Numbered from the stretch's first letter, positions 30,621-42,048 are shown. The stretch is 46,429 nt of DNA from an uncultured Arcobacteraceae bacterium (GCA_964022095.1 CAXHZO010000019.1:1-46429), one strand, 5' to 3'. The notes: generated by a model not told the origin, from the letters alone. Numbers and translations: made by a program.

Positions 30621-32425
30621 TATTTAATAATTTTATCTATAAAGTGATTTTTATCAATAGGTTTAATAAATACCTCTTCTGCTAAGTTTTCTAATTTTTC
30701 ATCAACTTTTGTATCCTTGTTACTTATTAAGAAAAGCTTGTTAAATTCTACTCCTCTTAATGAATCATAAATTATAAATTGTGAAAAATTCTCAATATTT
30801 AATATTAATATATCAAACTTATTACTAAGTAATTGTTTTATAAATTGATCAATATCATCAACTTGAACTAAAGACTCAGCTTTTCTTTTTAACTCAACAG
30901 AATAAGGCATAAAACTAATCACATCATCATTTAATACTAAAATATTTTGTTTTTCATTCTCAATTTCATGAGTTTCTAAATGTAAAGATTCTATTTCATC
31001 ACCATTTTTATTAATATCTGTTTTTAAACTTTTATCAATATTTTTTTTGATTACAACAGTAAAGACACTTCCTTCTCCTAACTTACTATTAACTTCAATC
31101 TTACCATCTAATAATTTAACTAAATTATCACAAATTGCTAAACCTAGACCTGTTCCTCCATATTTTCTAGCTATCCCCTCATCAACTTGCTTAAATCTTT
31201 TGAATATTAATTTTTGTTTATCTTTTGGTATTCCAATACCTTCATCTTTTATGATTAATCTTATATTTTCACCTAAGTCAGTAATTTTTAATGAAACTTT
31301 TCCTTTACTTGTAAATTTCATAGCATTACCAATTAGGTTAATTAAAATCTGTTTTATCCTTACTTCATCGTTATTTACAATTTTTAATGATTCATCTTTT
31401 TCATAGATAAATTCAATATTTTTTTCTTTTGCTGAAACTTTAAACATATCAACTATTTCTTCATATAAATCATTAAAATTAAACTCTTTAGGATTAATAA
31501 TAATTTGACCATCTTCAATCTTTGAAATATCTAATATATCATTGATTAAAACCAAAAGATCTTTTCCACAATTATTTATAATTTTAATATTTTTCAACTC
31601 TTGTTCATTTAAATTTTTATTTTTATTTTTAAGCATTACTGTTGATATGATATTAATTGAGTTTAATGGTGTTTTTAATTCATGACTCATATTTGCAAAG
31701 AAATTATCTTTTTGCTTTTGCATTTTAAAGATGTTATTTCTTCTTTCATCTAAATGAATTTTCATTTTCTTCATAGAGTTAGCAAGAACACCAATTTCAT
31801 CTTTTTTATTAAGATATGGCATTTGGGGATCTTTACCTTCACCAATCTCTTTTGCTTTTATACTTAAAATTTCAAGCATTCTTGTTAATTTATTACCAGT
31901 ATAATATGAAACAAATAGTGAAATTAATATTTCAAATATAATTAAAACTAAAGTTTTATTTCTATTTTCAGTTATGAATTCATTACTAGATTTTAAATCA
32001 AATATAATAATAAATGAACCTAATTCATTGCCATTTTCTTTGACATGTATATGTTTCGTGTAAAATTCAGACTCTTGGTTAACCTTTAGTTGCTTTTCAT
32101 CAAAAAAATCTATGTCTTTAGAAAAAAAATCTTTTGAGACACTTTTACTTGATAAAATAATATCTTCATTATCATATACAATTATTGTATTTATTAAATT
32201 TCTATTGACTGTTTTATCAACAATATTATCTAATGTTGCAAAATCATATATACTTAAAGGAACTTTTATCAGCTCTTTAATTAGTGATATATTTGATTCA
32301 ATTCTTTGCTCAGTTAAGTGTTTTGAAGCTTGATTTAGTGCAGAAAAATTTACACTAACAATTAATGTAATAAAAAAAGCTTCAATAATTATATAAAACA
32401 GTATTAACCTATATTTAAATGACAT
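30620..32425 (-). CDS. Membrane HAMP hybrid histidine kinase with degenerate receiver domain
   Basis: Two TM, DEIGVLA, MSHELKTPLN, NLIGNAMKFT, GGTGLGL; C-terminal REC-like DILILNI..IKP. Confidence 0.9.
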
Positions 32426-32429
32426 CTTT

Positions 32430-33221
32430 CTACTTTACATTTAGATTTTTTATAACTTCGTACTCATTACTATCGATTTTTTTAAACTTTTTTATACTTA
32501 AAATCTTTTTTAATTCACTTGGCATATTAATAATTGCTTTTTCTATTTTTGCAATATCATCTTTAGACATTCTTGGATGATATGCAAAAGGATGAGAAGG
32601 ATATGCTTTAGTTTTGTACACAATATGTAAATTCTTTTTATCAATATCTTCTAAAAAATTATTATACGTTCTAATAATACCTCCACCTAAATACCCAAGA
32701 CCTCTTGAAATACCTTTGTATACAGAATCATGTGAATTTACATATAATGCTTTAGCATTTTTGTCTATATCAAAATTATAAATATTTTTGAACTCATATT
32801 TAGGTAATAATGTTGCTGCAAATGCATTTGGTGCTGGAAATAAAAACTTTTTATTTTTTAAGCTTTTAATATTTGTTAAATCTAATTTTTTATCTTTTGA
32901 CACAATAATTCCAACAATATCTTTTTGGGCTCGTACAAAAGCTTCATATTTTTGTCTTTTATTAGCAATAATAAAATGATAAGGATTCATATATGAAACA
33001 TCATACAATCCAATATATAAACTTTTTTCGAACTCAGGAATTGACTTTTCAGTACTAAAAATTATATTAAAGCCTGTTTCTTTTTCTAAATACTTTGTAA
33101 TCTTCAACCATTTATTTGCAAGCTTTAAAGGACTTTGTTGAGGAACTACCCCAAGTAATATATTTTTTGCAAATAATGAGATCGAAGAGACAAAGATTAA
33201 AAGCAAAATAATTTTTTTCAT
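32430..33221 (-). CDS. PhnD-like phosphate/phosphonate-type substrate-binding protein
   Basis: Signal peptide, LGVVPQQS, YMNPYH, FPAPNAFAA, SHDSVY, YPSHPF. Confidence 0.85.
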   Translation of the reverse strand: MKKIILLLIFVSSISLFAKNILLGVVPQQSPLKLANKWLKITKYLEKETGFNIIFSTEKSIPEFEKSLYIGLYDVSYMNPYHFIIANKRQKYEAFVRAQKDIVGIIVSKDKKLDLTNIKSLKNKKFLFPAPNAFAATLLPKYEFKNIYNFDIDKNAKALYVNSHDSVYKGISRGLGYLGGGIIRTYNNFLEDIDKKNLHIVYKTKAYPSHPFAYHPRMSKDDIAKIEKAIINMPSELKKILSIKKFKKIDSNEYEVIKNLNVK

Positions 33222-33257
33222 CCTTGAACCTTTTTAATAATATTGTTTTTTAAAGTA

Positions 33258-33295
33258 TAGCACAAATAATTTTTTTATCAAAATTATTTGTGCTA
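33258..33295. repeat. Perfect 16-bp inverted repeat in divergent promoter region
   Basis: tagcacaaataatttt-N6-aaaattatttgtgcta. Confidence 0.85.
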
Positions 33296-33605
33296 ACAGT
33301 AGCTTAAGAAAGACAATACAATAGTGTATTTTAATATTTTTAAAGTCTAGCTTGCAAAATAATAATTTTTAAAAAGATTAAAAAAATAAACTTTTTTCAA
33401 GTTTTAGTTTTTTTTACATTTGTTACTTTAGTACACAAGTAATAATTGTCAAAATTAAGTTTCATATAAAAAAACCCTCCTAAGTGTTACTTTTTTATAT
33501 ACTTTAAAAAACAATTTCAATTACAATACAAATTGCTATGCTTATACTACTATTTTATTTTATAATAAATGAAAATTTAAACATATACTAATAAGGTAAA
33601 TTATA

Positions 33606-34079
33606 ATGAGTGAAGAAGTAAAAAGAGAAAAATCATTAACGATGACAATGTTAATGACTCCTGATAAAGCAAACTTTTCAGGACAAAATGTACATGGTGG
33701 TGAGATTTTAAAAATGTTAGACCATGTAGCTTATGCTTGTGCCGCTAGATACACAGGCATGTATGCAGTAACATTATCTGTTGATATGGTTTTATTTAAG
33801 AATCCTATTAAAATAGGTTCTCTTGTTACTTTCCATGCATCAGTTAACTATACAGGTAGAACTTCTATGGAAATTGGTATTAAAGTAATTTCAGAAGATA
33901 TCAAAGATCATACAATTAAAAATACAAATGTATGTTACTTTACTATGATTTCAGTTGATGAAGAAGGTAAGCCAACACCTGTACCAAAATTAGAGTTATT
34001 AACTGAAGATGATAAAAGAAGATATAATGATGCGATTAAAAGAAGAGAGATAAGAATGAATTCAAGACATGGAAAATAG
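33606..34079 (+). CDS. Hotdog-fold acyl-CoA thioesterase (YciA-like)
   Basis: ANFSGQNVHGGEILKMLD, GRTSMEIG. Confidence 0.92.
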   Translation: MSEEVKREKSLTMTMLMTPDKANFSGQNVHGGEILKMLDHVAYACAARYTGMYAVTLSVDMVLFKNPIKIGSLVTFHASVNYTGRTSMEIGIKVISEDIKDHTIKNTNVCYFTMISVDEEGKPTPVPKLELLTEDDKRRYNDAIKRREIRMNSRHGK

Positions 34080-34102
34080 TTTCTAAACTATTTTTCTTTG
34101 AG

Positions 34103-34142
34103 ATAAAAAAGGGGAAGTGATTAATCACTTCCCCTTTTTTAT
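34103..34142. terminator. Bidirectional terminator (perfect 40-bp palindrome)
   Basis: ataaaaaaggggaagtgatt/aatcacttccccttttttat between convergent genes. Confidence 0.9.
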
Positions 34143-34146
34143 TAAT

Positions 34147-35736
34147 TTATTTTTTTGATTCTAAGTAATCTTCGTAAGACCCTTTAAAGTCTACAATTGA
34201 TCCATCTGCTTGAATTTCTATAATTCTATTTGCATAAGCATCTAATAATTCCCTATCATGAGATACACAAACAACAGAACCAGGATACTCAAGTAATCCT
34301 TCACCTAAAGCAATAATAGCTTCTAAGTCTAAGTGGTTAGTTGGCTCATCTAATACTAAGAAGTTACCTTGTTCTAACATTATTTTTGAAAGCATCATTC
34401 TGTGTTTTTCACCACCTGAACATTTTTCAACTTTCTTTTCTTGATCTTCGCCGTTAAATAGCATTCTACCTAAACAGTTTCTAATTTCAGAAATATCAGC
34501 ATCTCTATCAAAACTTCTTAACCAATCATATAAAGTCATATCCCCTTTAATCATATCAGTTGTATTTTGAGGGAAGTATGATTTTTCAATAGTCGCACCC
34601 CAGTGAACTTCACCTGAATCTGCTTTTAAGTTTTCAACTATAATTTCAGACAGAGTTGTTTTACCAATACCATTTGGACCAATAAGTGCAATTTTATCAC
34701 CTTTTTCAACTGTAAATGAAATATTATTTAAAACAGTTTCACCATCAAAAGATTTACAAATATCTTTAAGAGTTAATAACTCTTTACCAACTTCTCTTTT
34801 TTGTCTAAAGATAATTGATGGGTCTCTTCTACTAGATAATTGAATTGAACCAACATCTAATTTATCTAATTGTTTTTGTCTAGAAGTTGCTTGTTTTGCT
34901 TTTGAAGCATTAGCACTAAATCTAGCAATAAACTTTTCTAACTCTTCTTTTTCTTTTAATTTTTTATCTCTATCTGCATTTTGTTGTTTAGCAATTACAG
35001 TTGAAGCAATATACCAATCATCATAATTACCAGTAAACTCTCTAATTTGTTTATAATCAACATCTAAGATATGTGTACATACAGCATTTAAAAAGTGTCT
35101 ATCATGAGAGATAACTACCATAGTACCATCGTGGTGTTGTAATTGGTTTTCTAACCATCCAATAGTCTCGATATCAAGGTTATTTGTTGGCTCATCTAAG
35201 AATAAAACATCAGGTTTTGGGAAAAGAACTTGTGCTAATAAAACTTTAAATTTATCACCACCAGTAATTGTTGACATTAACTCTTGGTGCTCTTCTGCAG
35301 GGAAACCTAAATCTTCTAAGATTTTAGTAATCTTTACATCATATTCATAAGTTGGATCTTCTTCACAACAAATAATTTCTAATTCACCTAATCTATTATT
35401 GATTTCATCAGTAAACTCTTCACTCATATAAAGTTTTTCTTTTTCTTTAACAGCATCAAACAGTCTTCTATTTCCTGCTAATACTGCATCAAAAATTGTA
35501 TACTCTTCATATGCAAATTGGTTTTGTGATAAAGTACCTACTTTTTTTCCACTTTGTACTTGTACTTCACCCTCTGTAGCATCTTCTTCCCCAGAAAGGA
35601 TTTTTAAAAATGTTGTTTTACCAGCTCCATTTGCACCAATAAGACCATATCTTTTACCAGTATCAAGTTTTAGGTTGATATCTTGAAATAGTACTTTTGG
35701 ACCAAAAGCTTTTTTTAGATTTACAGTTTGAACCAT
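34147..35736 (-). CDS. ABC-F family ATPase (YbiT-like)
   Basis: Two NBDs (GANGAGKT, GPNGIGKT, LDEPTN twice), linker RFSANASKAKQATSR, no TM. Confidence 0.93.
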   Translation of the reverse strand: MVQTVNLKKAFGPKVLFQDINLKLDTGKRYGLIGANGAGKTTFLKILSGEEDATEGEVQVQSGKKVGTLSQNQFAYEEYTIFDAVLAGNRRLFDAVKEKEKLYMSEEFTDEINNRLGELEIICCEEDPTYEYDVKITKILEDLGFPAEEHQELMSTITGGDKFKVLLAQVLFPKPDVLFLDEPTNNLDIETIGWLENQLQHHDGTMVVISHDRHFLNAVCTHILDVDYKQIREFTGNYDDWYIASTVIAKQQNADRDKKLKEKEELEKFIARFSANASKAKQATSRQKQLDKLDVGSIQLSSRRDPSIIFRQKREVGKELLTLKDICKSFDGETVLNNISFTVEKGDKIALIGPNGIGKTTLSEIIVENLKADSGEVHWGATIEKSYFPQNTTDMIKGDMTLYDWLRSFDRDADISEIRNCLGRMLFNGEDQEKKVEKCSGGEKHRMMLSKIMLEQGNFLVLDEPTNHLDLEAIIALGEGLLEYPGSVVCVSHDRELLDAYANRIIEIQADGSIVDFKGSYEDYLESKK

Positions 35737-35820
35737 ATCTTATTCTTCTCCAATTATTTTAGTTTATTACGTATTTTTAGGGATTATATCGAAAAAAAAC
35801 TATGAGAGGCTTAATATCTT

Positions 35821-37317
35821 TTATAACTCTAAATCAAATATACTATCTTTGATTTGATCTTTTGATAAATGCCCTTCAATTTTATCACTTGGAGGGTATT
35901 TTATACTTAAAAGTCTCTCTCTTAATGAATCTAATCTATATTTTCTCAAATTATTAACAAGTGCATCAGTAATCTTCTCAGCTGTTAACTCTCCATTATT
36001 TAACATTTCAAGAACAACTTTTTCCATATTATCTCTTGTTTTTTCAAAAGCTTCTTCTTCATCAGTTAATGTTATATATTTTTTATCTAGATACTTCATA
36101 ACAAAATCACCTAGATATTTATATGTAGCAACACCTTTATACACATATTTCTGGTTTTTTACTTTGGGTAGATGTACACCTGTAAATACATGTCCTAAAA
36201 CAACATTAAGGCCATCAAGTTCTTTCAAGGGATTGTGAGAACAAATAAAATCTTCTTTTACAATTGAAGGAGAATACTTTAAAGTTGAAATATTATTTTG
36301 TAAAACAATAAAACTACCACCAACTTCTTTTGGAGCACCTTTTAAAGAAGATATCTCATTTTTAAAAGCTAAAAAACTACCTTCTACTTTTTTAGGACAC
36401 CCTTCAAATGATGTTAATTGGTTATCACTAATATCAAAATCACCTTCAACTTCATTAAACTTTAATGGAAGTTTCACAAGATTTACTAACTTATCATTTA
36501 ATCTTACATCTTCATGAACATTAACACTATTATCTTTTAAAATTGAGAAGTCTTTAATTTCATGTTTTCTAAGCCATCTGCTTATTTCATCAATATTAGT
36601 TAAAGCCACAATGGGTTTATAAATATGTGCTACTGCTTCAGCACCTTTATATTTAAATACTCCTGTATCTTCATTTTGTGAACCATCTACATGATTAAGT
36701 CTTACATCAGTAATTAAGTCCCACCCTATTTCATCTGCAACACCATCTAAATCAAATAAAGTGTTTCCATTACAAATATAATCTTTACCAACACTATGAG
36801 GTCCACCTGCAAGTTTATCAAGTAGATTAAAAGAACAATCAAAATATAAATCAATATATTTAGGTCCACTTTTTAAAGTAGTAATTTTATTATTTGAACA
36901 ATTAAAATATCCTCTAATAGTTCTTGGACTTCCCTTTAAACTTGTAATTTCATTATTTGCACAACTAAAGTAACCTTTAACATCTTTTGGTGCATATGAT
37001 AAATTTTTTAAGTTATTATGTGAACAATCAAAATCACCAACTTCTTTTGGTCCATCAAATAATGAATCTAATTTATTTTTTGAGCAATTAAAGTCCCTAG
37101 TAACAATTTCTGGACTTCCTTCTAATGAGATTAAAGTATTATCACTTATATCAAAATATCCGTCAACTAACTTAAATTTTATTGGAAGTTTTTTTTCATT
37201 TAATCTACCATTTAAATTTACGTTTCCATGTACTGTTACTTGTAATTTCTCATCTATAAGAAAATTATTAATTCCATATCTTTCAAGCCAGTCTTCTATA
37301 TCTTCAATATTTTGCAT
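35821..37317 (-). CDS. Internally duplicated protein with 22-aa LRR-like repeats
   Basis: Repeats like ITSLKGSPRTIRGYFNCSNNK in two arrays, each preceded by a similar W-L-containing cap. Confidence 0.8.
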   Translation of the reverse strand: MQNIEDIEDWLERYGINNFLIDEKLQVTVHGNVNLNGRLNEKKLPIKFKLVDGYFDISDNTLISLEGSPEIVTRDFNCSKNKLDSLFDGPKEVGDFDCSHNNLKNLSYAPKDVKGYFSCANNEITSLKGSPRTIRGYFNCSNNKITTLKSGPKYIDLYFDCSFNLLDKLAGGPHSVGKDYICNGNTLFDLDGVADEIGWDLITDVRLNHVDGSQNEDTGVFKYKGAEAVAHIYKPIVALTNIDEISRWLRKHEIKDFSILKDNSVNVHEDVRLNDKLVNLVKLPLKFNEVEGDFDISDNQLTSFEGCPKKVEGSFLAFKNEISSLKGAPKEVGGSFIVLQNNISTLKYSPSIVKEDFICSHNPLKELDGLNVVLGHVFTGVHLPKVKNQKYVYKGVATYKYLGDFVMKYLDKKYITLTDEEEAFEKTRDNMEKVVLEMLNNGELTAEKITDALVNNLRKYRLDSLRERLLSIKYPPSDKIEGHLSKDQIKDSIFDLEL

Positions 37318-37399
37318 AAAATGCCTTAAATTATTTTTATTTTTATTGACTTTATTCTAACATCTTATTATTATAATTGAAATAAAATTTGGAGAAAAA

Positions 37400-38158
37400 A
37401 TGAAATCTATATTAATAATAGCAGGGAGTGATAGTGGTGGAGGTGCTGGAATTCAAGCAGATATAAAAGCTAGTCAGTATCATAAAGTATTTGCAACAAC
37501 AGCAATTACAGCAATTACTGCACAAAATACCCAAGGTGTTCAAGGTGTTGTTGCACTTGATCCCTCTTTTGTACAACAACAAATAAAATCAGTTTTAGAT
37601 GACTTTGATATAAGTGTAATAAAAATTGGTATGCTAGGAAGTAGCCAATTGATTAAAGCAGTTAAACAAAGCTTAGAAAATGTAAATATTCCAATTGTTT
37701 TAGATCCTGTTGCTATTTCAAGAGCTGGATCAAAGTTACTTGAAGATGATGCAATTGAAACTTTAAAAGAACTATTTCCTCTAGCAAAAATCATAACACC
37801 TAATTCACATGAAGCAAAACTATTTTTTAATGTTCAAAATGAAGAAGATTTAAAATCAATAAATAATTATAATACAAATATACTATTTAAAAATCTAACT
37901 AAATATGATGATAAAACTGTTGATATATTAGTTCACAAAGATATGAAAATAGAAAAATTTACTTCTTTAAAAGCTAATATGGAAAATACTCATGGTACGG
38001 GATGTAGTTTTAGTTCTTCAGTTGCAGCGCTATTAGCAAGAGAGTTTACACTAGAAGATTCAATACATGTTGCTAAAAATTATATTTATAAAGCAATTAA
38101 GACTTCACCTAATTTAGGAAAAGGTAATGGACCTATAAATCATATATTAATTGATTAA
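37400..38158 (+). CDS. thiD: Hydroxymethylpyrimidine/phosphomethylpyrimidine kinase
   Basis: IAGSDSGGGAGIQAD, KIGML, LDPV, ITPN, THGTGC. Confidence 0.95.
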   Translation: MKSILIIAGSDSGGGAGIQADIKASQYHKVFATTAITAITAQNTQGVQGVVALDPSFVQQQIKSVLDDFDISVIKIGMLGSSQLIKAVKQSLENVNIPIVLDPVAISRAGSKLLEDDAIETLKELFPLAKIITPNSHEAKLFFNVQNEEDLKSINNYNTNILFKNLTKYDDKTVDILVHKDMKIEKFTSLKANMENTHGTGCSFSSSVAALLAREFTLEDSIHVAKNYIYKAIKTSPNLGKGNGPINHILID

Positions 38159-38251
38159 AACACAATATTAGCATACAAATAAACTTTAAAAATACATATA
38201 ATCTTTTTAAGTTAGTTAATACTAGCTTAGAAAAACCCAAGGTAGTTTATC

Positions 38252-39019
38252 ATGGAAAAAAATGTTTGGATTATAGGTTCAAGTAGTGGTATAGGTTTTG
38301 AACTAGTAAAGCTATGGCTAGATGATGGTTATAATGTTGTTGCTAGTTCAAGAAATTCTATATCATCTGAAAAACTAAATAAACTAAAAAACAAATATCC
38401 TCATAAATTACATTTAGCAAATATCGATGTAAGTGATGAAAAATCAGTCGTGAAATGTGTAAGTGAAGTATTCGGTATATTAAAAAATGTAGATATTTGT
38501 TTTTACAATGCAGGAGTCTATGAAGTTACAAACCTTGAGAACCTTGATCTTAAAGAGCATGAATCCATGATAAACATCAATTTTTTAGGTGCTATTAGAG
38601 TTTTAAAATATTTTTTAGATAAACGTCAAGAAGATTATCAATCTAAATTAGTTTTCAATGCGAGCTTATCAAGTTATTTTGGATTACCAAATGGTGGAGC
38701 ATATAGTTCTTCGAAATCAGCATTAGTTAATTATGCACAATCAATTCAGCCGGAGCTAAAACTGAAAAAAATAGATGTACAAATCATAAATCACGGTTTT
38801 GTGAAAACAAGACTTACAAATAAAAACGATTTTGATATGCCCCAACTATTAGATCCAGATGAAGCTGCAAAAAAAATACATGATAAATTGAAAAAACCTT
38901 ATCGATTTGAAATACATTTTCCTTTTATTTTATCAAACGTCTTAAGGTTGATTAGTCTTTTACCATATAGTTTAAGTCTTAATGTTACTAAAAAATTTTT
39001 AAAACCTAATAGTGAATAA
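38252..39019 (+). CDS. SDR oxidoreductase
   Basis: GSSSGIG, NAG, YSSSK. Confidence 0.92.
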   Translation: MEKNVWIIGSSSGIGFELVKLWLDDGYNVVASSRNSISSEKLNKLKNKYPHKLHLANIDVSDEKSVVKCVSEVFGILKNVDICFYNAGVYEVTNLENLDLKEHESMININFLGAIRVLKYFLDKRQEDYQSKLVFNASLSSYFGLPNGGAYSSSKSALVNYAQSIQPELKLKKIDVQIINHGFVKTRLTNKNDFDMPQLLDPDEAAKKIHDKLKKPYRFEIHFPFILSNVLRLISLLPYSLSLNVTKKFLKPNSE

Positions 39020-39033
39020 ACAAGATTTAGATA

Positions 39034-40284
39034 ATGAATAATAACGAAACTCTAAAAAGCAAGGATATATTCTATTACGGCATCCTTGGGATACCAATTG
39101 CTTTTTTAGGGTTTCCTTTATATATTTATCTTCCAAATTTTTATGTTGAATATGTAGGATTATCTTTAAGTATTGTTGGAATAATACTTTTTGTTTCAAG
39201 ACTTATAGATATGTTTTTAGATCCATTTATTGGAAAACTAAGTGACACATGCTGTCAGAGAAAAACATTAATAGCAATAGGATCGATTTTTCTTCTAATT
39301 GGAATATACTTTTTATCCAATCCTTATTATCATTCACCTCTTTGGTTGTTTATCTTTTCAATACTTACTTATATTTCGTATAGTTTAGTTTTAATTCCAT
39401 ATTTAACTTTAAATAGTGAAATTAGTACTAAAGAGAATAATACAAAACTATCATTTTCAAGAGAAATATTTACAATTATTGGAGTTGTTATAGCTTTAAT
39501 AATACCTTATGTAGCAAATGTTGCATCAAATAGCAAAGAAACATTACAATTACTAATAAATATTTTATTAATAACTGTTCCAATAATCGTAATTATATTT
39601 TATCTAAACATTAAAGTAGCAAAAAAACAGAAAATAGATAAAAAACCTTTTTTTAAATCTATTGTTTCATTTTTTAAAAACAATACTAACAATAAAAAAA
39701 TATTTTATGCTTTTTTATTAAACAATTTAGCAAACGCCCTACCCGCAACTTTGTTTTTATTTTATGTTAAATATGTTTTAAACTTAGAAGATAAAACAGG
39801 AGAATTTTTACTTATATATTTTGCAAGTTCTATTTTTACTTTTATTTTTTGGATAAAACTATCAAATAAAATAGGATTAGAGTATACTTGGATTAGCTCA
39901 ATTTTAATAAGTATCGTTGCATTTTGCTTTGTTCCATTTTTAGGACAAGCTGATTATTTTGGATTTTTACTTATTTGTATCTTTACCGGCATGTGCTTAG
40001 GTGCAGATATGGCAATACCAACATCTATACAATCACAAATTGCGCAAGAAAATAAAAACATGAGTGGAGTTTTATTTGGACTTTGGGCAATGATTACAAA
40101 ACTATCATTATCACTTGCAGTTCTAATTGCATTTGTTAGTTTAGATTATAATTTACAAAGTATAGATGTAAGTGATGTATCTAATGACAGATTAATCTTT
40201 TTATACTCTATTTTACCGATATTATTGAAACTAATTGCAATATTTTTCATTATCAAATATAAACTAACAAATAAAACCTACTAA
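39034..40284 (+). CDS. MFS (GPH/MelB-like) transporter
   Basis: About 12 TM, SRLIDMFLDPFIGKLSD. Confidence 0.9.
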   Translation: MNNNETLKSKDIFYYGILGIPIAFLGFPLYIYLPNFYVEYVGLSLSIVGIILFVSRLIDMFLDPFIGKLSDTCCQRKTLIAIGSIFLLIGIYFLSNPYYHSPLWLFIFSILTYISYSLVLIPYLTLNSEISTKENNTKLSFSREIFTIIGVVIALIIPYVANVASNSKETLQLLINILLITVPIIVIIFYLNIKVAKKQKIDKKPFFKSIVSFFKNNTNNKKIFYAFLLNNLANALPATLFLFYVKYVLNLEDKTGEFLLIYFASSIFTFIFWIKLSNKIGLEYTWISSILISIVAFCFVPFLGQADYFGFLLICIFTGMCLGADMAIPTSIQSQIAQENKNMSGVLFGLWAMITKLSLSLAVLIAFVSLDYNLQSIDVSDVSNDRLIFLYSILPILLKLIAIFFIIKYKLTNKTY

Positions 40285-40321
40285 AACTTTGTTATTTATT
40301 ATAAATTAACAATCAAAAGGG

Positions 40322-40813
40322 GTGTTTGTGAAATATATAATTATGACTATACTATCTTTATCTTTTTGTTTTGCCAACACTTCTATTGATATTAAAAAGT
40401 TTTCTGGACTTTGGTATGAAATAGCTAGACTTGATAATTCATATCAAACCAATTGTGTGGCTTCTAGTGTAGAATATATTTTAGAAGATAATAAATATGA
40501 TGTTTATAACAGATGTTTTGAATCTTCATTTGATGGAAAACTTATCCAATACAATGGAAGCGCCACTTTAAATGAAAATACTTTAAATATGACTTATTTT
40601 TATTTTTTTACAAGTAAATACAATATTGATTATATAAATGATTATAAAACTGTTGTAGTAGCAAATGATGACTACACAAATCTTTGGATTATGAGTAGAA
40701 CTCCAAATATAGATAAAAAAGAATTAAATAAAATATTAAAACAAATTGAAAACAAAATTGATAAATCGAAACTTATTTTTACTAAGTTACATCCAAAAGG
40801 AATATATAAATGA
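40322..40813 (+). CDS. Blc-like lipocalin
   Basis: FSGLWYEIAR, LWIMSRTP. Confidence 0.9.
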   Translation: MFVKYIIMTILSLSFCFANTSIDIKKFSGLWYEIARLDNSYQTNCVASSVEYILEDNKYDVYNRCFESSFDGKLIQYNGSATLNENTLNMTYFYFFTSKYNIDYINDYKTVVVANDDYTNLWIMSRTPNIDKKELNKILKQIENKIDKSKLIFTKLHPKGIYK

Positions 40814-42048
40814 AAATTGCAGTATTAGGTGCAGGAATTAGTGGACTTGGAAGTGCTTATATTCTAAGCCAAAAGCATCAAGTAGACGTATACGAAAAAG
40901 ACAATAGACTTGGTGGTCATGCTAGAACTACAATCTTAGAAGAAGATGGAAAAAGTTTTGGTGTTGATACTGGTTTTTTAGTATTTAACTATGCTACTTA
41001 TCCATTACTTACAAAACTTTTTGAGAAACTTGAAGTAAAAATAGAAAACTCTGATATGAGTTTTGGTTTTTGGGATAAAGATAAAAACGTTGCATATAAT
41101 GGCGACTCAATAGGTGGAATGTTTTTTCAAAAAAGAAACCTTTTTAATTTGGTTCACTATAAAATGATTAAAGATGTTTTATCTTTCAATGAAAAAGCCA
41201 ATAGTGACTTATATCATAATTCAAAAGATTTAGACCTATCACTTGGGGAATATATCAAAAATTTTGGAACAGCTTTTAAACAAAGATATATATTACCTAT
41301 GGGTGGAGCTATTTGGTCAACACCTACAGATGAAATGAATGCTTTTCCAGCTAGAACTTTTATAACTTTCTTTAAAAACCATGGTTTATTAGGTGTAAAT
41401 ACTCACCACCAATGGTTAACAGTAAGTAATGGAAGTATAAATTATGTAAATAAAATCAAAGAAAAAATAAATGGAAATATTTATTTAAATAGTGATGTAA
41501 TAAGTGTACAAAGAGTTGAAAATGGTGTAAACTTAGTACATGAAAATGGGAATAAAACTTTTTACGACAAGGTGGTATTTGCAATGCATGCTCCAGATGC
41601 ATTAAAACTAATAGAAAAACCAACACTTCAAGAAGTAGAAATATTAAGTGCATTTAAATATAAAGAAAATAAAGCAGTATTACATAATGATAATTCGATC
41701 TTATACCCAAATAAAAAGATTTATGCAGCGTGGAACTATACAACTTCAAAAGAGAATAAAAATGCTGTTTCATTAACATATTGGATAAACACATTACAAA
41801 ATCTAAAAACAAGAAAAGATTACTTTGTAACACTAAATGAACCAAACAACATAAATAAAAAAATTGAAGATATCACTTATGAACATCCTCAATTTACAAG
41901 TTTAGCAATAAAATCCCAAAAAAGAAAAGATGAGATTTGTGGACAAAACAATTGCTATTTTGCAGGGGCTTATTGGAGATATGGATTCCATGAAGATGGA
42001 CTTCATAGTGCAAATGAGTTAGCAAAAAAACTAGGATGTGAACTATGA
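40810..42048 (+). CDS. FAD-dependent amine-oxidase-family oxidoreductase (UfaD-like candidate)
   Basis: GAGISG, RLGGHA, VDTGFLVFN, YEHP, GAYWRYGFHEDG. Confidence 0.88.
   Translation: MKIAVLGAGISGLGSAYILSQKHQVDVYEKDNRLGGHARTTILEEDGKSFGVDTGFLVFNYATYPLLTKLFEKLEVKIENSDMSFGFWDKDKNVAYNGDSIGGMFFQKRNLFNLVHYKMIKDVLSFNEKANSDLYHNSKDLDLSLGEYIKNFGTAFKQRYILPMGGAIWSTPTDEMNAFPARTFITFFKNHGLLGVNTHHQWLTVSNGSINYVNKIKEKINGNIYLNSDVISVQRVENGVNLVHENGNKTFYDKVVFAMHAPDALKLIEKPTLQEVEILSAFKYKENKAVLHNDNSILYPNKKIYAAWNYTTSKENKNAVSLTYWINTLQNLKTRKDYFVTLNEPNNINKKIEDITYEHPQFTSLAIKSQKRKDEICGQNNCYFAGAYWRYGFHEDGLHSANELAKKLGCEL

Noticed and set aside
34147-35736. Antibiotic-resistance ABC-F
   Set aside because: Linker and length fit the housekeeping YbiT-like type, and there is no mobile context
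37318-37399. TPP riboswitch upstream of thiD
   Set aside because: Only ~80 bp, very AT-rich, no CTGAGA-type core
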